This document shows positions 61,939 through 64,000 of a DNA stretch of 64,000 nt, piece after piece. The position numbers were made by a program, and so were the translations under genes. Position 1 is the stretch's first letter. Each line of letters starts with the position of its first letter. The notes under the pieces were generated by a model. The model did not search any database. It was not told the origin of the DNA and worked only from the letters and a program-made list of their open reading frames with translations. This stretch comes from Arthrobacter sp. (GTDB taxonomy: Bacteria; Actinomycetota; Actinomycetes; Actinomycetales; Micrococcaceae), in the NCBI GenBank assembly GCA_029257465.1, contig JARIBG010000187.1, forward strand, positions 1,421 to 65,420, read 5' to 3'.

Positions 61939-62604
61939 CTACACGGGCTGCGCATCGCCTCCGAAGCGGAGCAGACCGTCGGGGGTGAAGACGCCGTGGA
62001 GCGGCTGATCGAAGGGTTCCGCCGGTACCTCGCCGGCAGCCAGGATCTCGCTGCGATAGACGACGCCGAAGCGCGGCAGCGCATCCGGGGCGTCGTGACG
62101 GTGGCCGGACAGGAAGCGATCGTAGTACCCGCCGCCCTGACCCAGTCGATTCCCCGTCCTGTCGACACCGAGCGCGGGCACCAGGATCAGGCGAACCCCG
62201 GGTACCTCGTCGAAGGACAACCGTGGGCCGACGGGCTCGCCGACGTGAGCGCGGACCGAGCGTTCCAGGGCGACCCCCGGCGTCCATGAGGCCCACGACA
62301 GGTGATACTGCGGCTCGCAGACGGGAACGATGATGCTGTGACCGAGCCCTGTCAGCGCGGTCAGCAGGGCGATCGTGTCGGGTTCGGGTGCGACGCCGAG
62401 ATACGCGGCGATCGTCGTCGGGCCCGAATCGTCGGCGGGCGTGATCGTGCTGCGGACGTGATCCAGGACCTGCCGCCTCAACTCCTCCGCCTGATCGGCA
62501 CGATCCTGCGGATCGAGCGCAGCCCGGGTTCCGCGCAACCTCGAGCGCAGCCGTGCCTTCTGGGCGTGACGGTCGGTCTCATTGTCGCTCGTGGCGTGTG
62601 TCAT
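61939..62604 (-). CDS. 5-formyltetrahydrofolate cyclo-ligase
   Basis: K..LR, EP, VPALGVD..G.RLGQGGGYYDR. Confidence 0.93.
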   Translation of the reverse strand: MTHATSDNETDRHAQKARLRSRLRGTRAALDPQDRADQAEELRRQVLDHVRSTITPADDSGPTTIAAYLGVAPEPDTIALLTALTGLGHSIIVPVCEPQYHLSWASWTPGVALERSVRAHVGEPVGPRLSFDEVPGVRLILVPALGVDRTGNRLGQGGGYYDRFLSGHRHDAPDALPRFGVVYRSEILAAGEVPAEPFDQPLHGVFTPDGLLRFGGDAQPV

Positions 62605-62660
62605 GCCCCCATTGTGCTCATGCCCGGGCGATCGTGCGCCTCTTATGTAGTGTGGTGCCC

Positions 62661-63557
62661 ATGACTCAGCAATCGCGTGTGACCAAGGCCGTTGTTCCTG
62701 CGGCCGGCCTGGGGACCCGTTTCCTCCCTGCTACGAAGGCGATGCCGAAGGAGATGCTTCCCGTCGTCGACAAGCCCGCCATCCAGTACGTGGTCCAGGA
62801 GGCGGTCGACGCAGGACTCTCGGATGTCCTCATGATCACGGGACGCAACAAGCGCGCCCTCGAGGATCACTTCGACCGCGTGCCGTTCATCGAGCAGACA
62901 CTCGAGGACAAGGGAGATCACGACAAGCTGGCGGCCGTACGTCGTCCGTCCGAACTCGGCGACATCCACTATCTGCGCCAGGGCGACCCCAAGGGCCTCG
63001 GCCACGCGGTGCTCCGCGCCAAACTGCACGTCGGCAACGAGCCGTTCGCCGTCCTGCTGGGTGACGACCTCATCGACGAGCGTGATCCCCTGCTCGAGAC
63101 GATGATCGAGGTGCAGGCCAAGACCGGCGGGTCGGTGATCGCCCTCATCGAGGTGGATCCCCAGCAGATCAGTGCCTACGGTGCCGCCGACATCACGGAG
63201 ATCGACGGCGAGAACCACGTCCGCGTGAACCAGCTCGTGGAGAAGCCCTCCGTCGAGGACGCGCCCTCGAATCTCGCCGTGATCGGTCGCTACGTCCTGC
63301 ACCCCCGCGTGTTCGAGGTCCTGGAGACCACGGAGCCGGGCCGTGGGGACGAGATCCAGCTGACCGACGCCCTGCAGACCCTCGCGGCGGCGGACGGCGA
63401 AGGATCGGGCGTGTACGGCGTGGTTTTCCGCGGTCGGCGCTACGACACGGGAGACAAGCTGAGCTATCTCAAGGCGGTTGTCACGCTGGCGTCGGAGCGG
63501 GAGGATCTGGGCCCTGAGCTACGCGCCTGGATCAAGAACTTCAGCAAAGACATCTAG
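62661..63557 (+). CDS. galU: UTP-glucose-1-phosphate uridylyltransferase
   Basis: PAAGLGTRFLPATK..PKEMLP, GLGHAV, VEKP, EIQLTD. Confidence 0.97.
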   Translation: MTQQSRVTKAVVPAAGLGTRFLPATKAMPKEMLPVVDKPAIQYVVQEAVDAGLSDVLMITGRNKRALEDHFDRVPFIEQTLEDKGDHDKLAAVRRPSELGDIHYLRQGDPKGLGHAVLRAKLHVGNEPFAVLLGDDLIDERDPLLETMIEVQAKTGGSVIALIEVDPQQISAYGAADITEIDGENHVRVNQLVEKPSVEDAPSNLAVIGRYVLHPRVFEVLETTEPGRGDEIQLTDALQTLAAADGEGSGVYGVVFRGRRYDTGDKLSYLKAVVTLASEREDLGPELRAWIKNFSKDI

Positions 63558-63563
63558 TCCGCC

Positions 63564-64000
63564 ATGTGGTCAGCTGCCAGCTGGCCCGTGCACCTCCGGA
63601 CCGGGTCCCTGGTGCTCAGGCCCATCCGTTACAGGGACAAGGCGACCTGGACGGCACTGCGGCACCGCAACGCCGAGTGGCTCGCTCCGTGGGAAGCGTC
63701 CAATCCCGATCCGGAGGGTTATCTACCCACCTATCACCAGATGGTGCGCACCCTGACGGCCCAGGCGAGGGCAGGACTGGCTCTGCCGTTCCTGATCACC
63801 GAGCAGCAGCCGGGCTCGAGGGACGCACGCCTCGTCGGGCAACTGACGGTTTCGAGCATCACGTGGGGTTCGGCCCTCAGCGCCACCCTCGGGTACTGGG
63901 TCGACGCCGCCCGGGCAGGTCGCGGGATCGCCCCGACGGCGGTGGCCCTGGCCACGGACTACTGCTTCGACGAGCTCGGGCTGCACCGCATGGAGATCAA
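63564..64000 (+). CDS. RimJ/RimL-type GNAT acetyltransferase (runs off the right edge; not in ORF track)
   Basis: Hand translation MWSAASWPVHLRTGSLVLRP...NAEWLAPWE...LGYWV...GRGIAP...LGLHRMEI. Confidence 0.85.
   Translation, partial: MWSAASWPVHLRTGSLVLRPIRYRDKATWTALRHRNAEWLAPWEASNPDPEGYLPTYHQMVRTLTAQARAGLALPFLITEQQPGSRDARLVGQLTVSSITWGSALSATLGYWVDAARAGRGIAPTAVALATDYCFDELGLHRMEI

Overview
High-GC actinobacterial chromosome segment. Gene content and order (alr-tsaE-tsaB-rimI-tsaD ... groES-groEL1 ... guaB-guaB3 ... guaA ... fmdB-like gene, 5-FTHF cyclo-ligase, galU, rimJ-like) fit a Micrococcaceae/Arthrobacter-like host. The left ~13.6 kb is an accessory block: a baeRF/Balon-like protein, a FecBCDE-type metal-chelate ABC importer, a visibly more A/T-rich ureABCEFGD urease operon with an unusual flap sequence, a divergent EamA transporter, a HoxN Ni permease and a cupin. 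The tsaD-groES interval is an accessory hotspot and holds the strongest candidate for an undescribed system: a compact operon of a 70-aa Asp-Gly-Gly-Ala repeat peptide, a JmjC/RoxA-type 2OG-Fe(II) oxygenase (coupled to the peptide gene by a TTGA overlap) and a sucrase-ferredoxin-like Fe-S protein, a RiPP-like layout. The same interval has twin unknown ~100-aa paralogs and a BLUF-VOC-MFS stretch punctuated by 47-bp imperfect-palindrome direct repeats that contain the stop codons, like cassettes. An array of eight 26-bp CCC..GGG units follows groEL1. Regulatory sites read from the sequence: three CIRCE boxes, a DtxR/IdeR-like box and a LexA-like box over a GIY-YIG start. I saw no rRNA, tRNA, CRISPR array, transposase or integrase. 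All calls come from reading motifs by eye; no searches were run.
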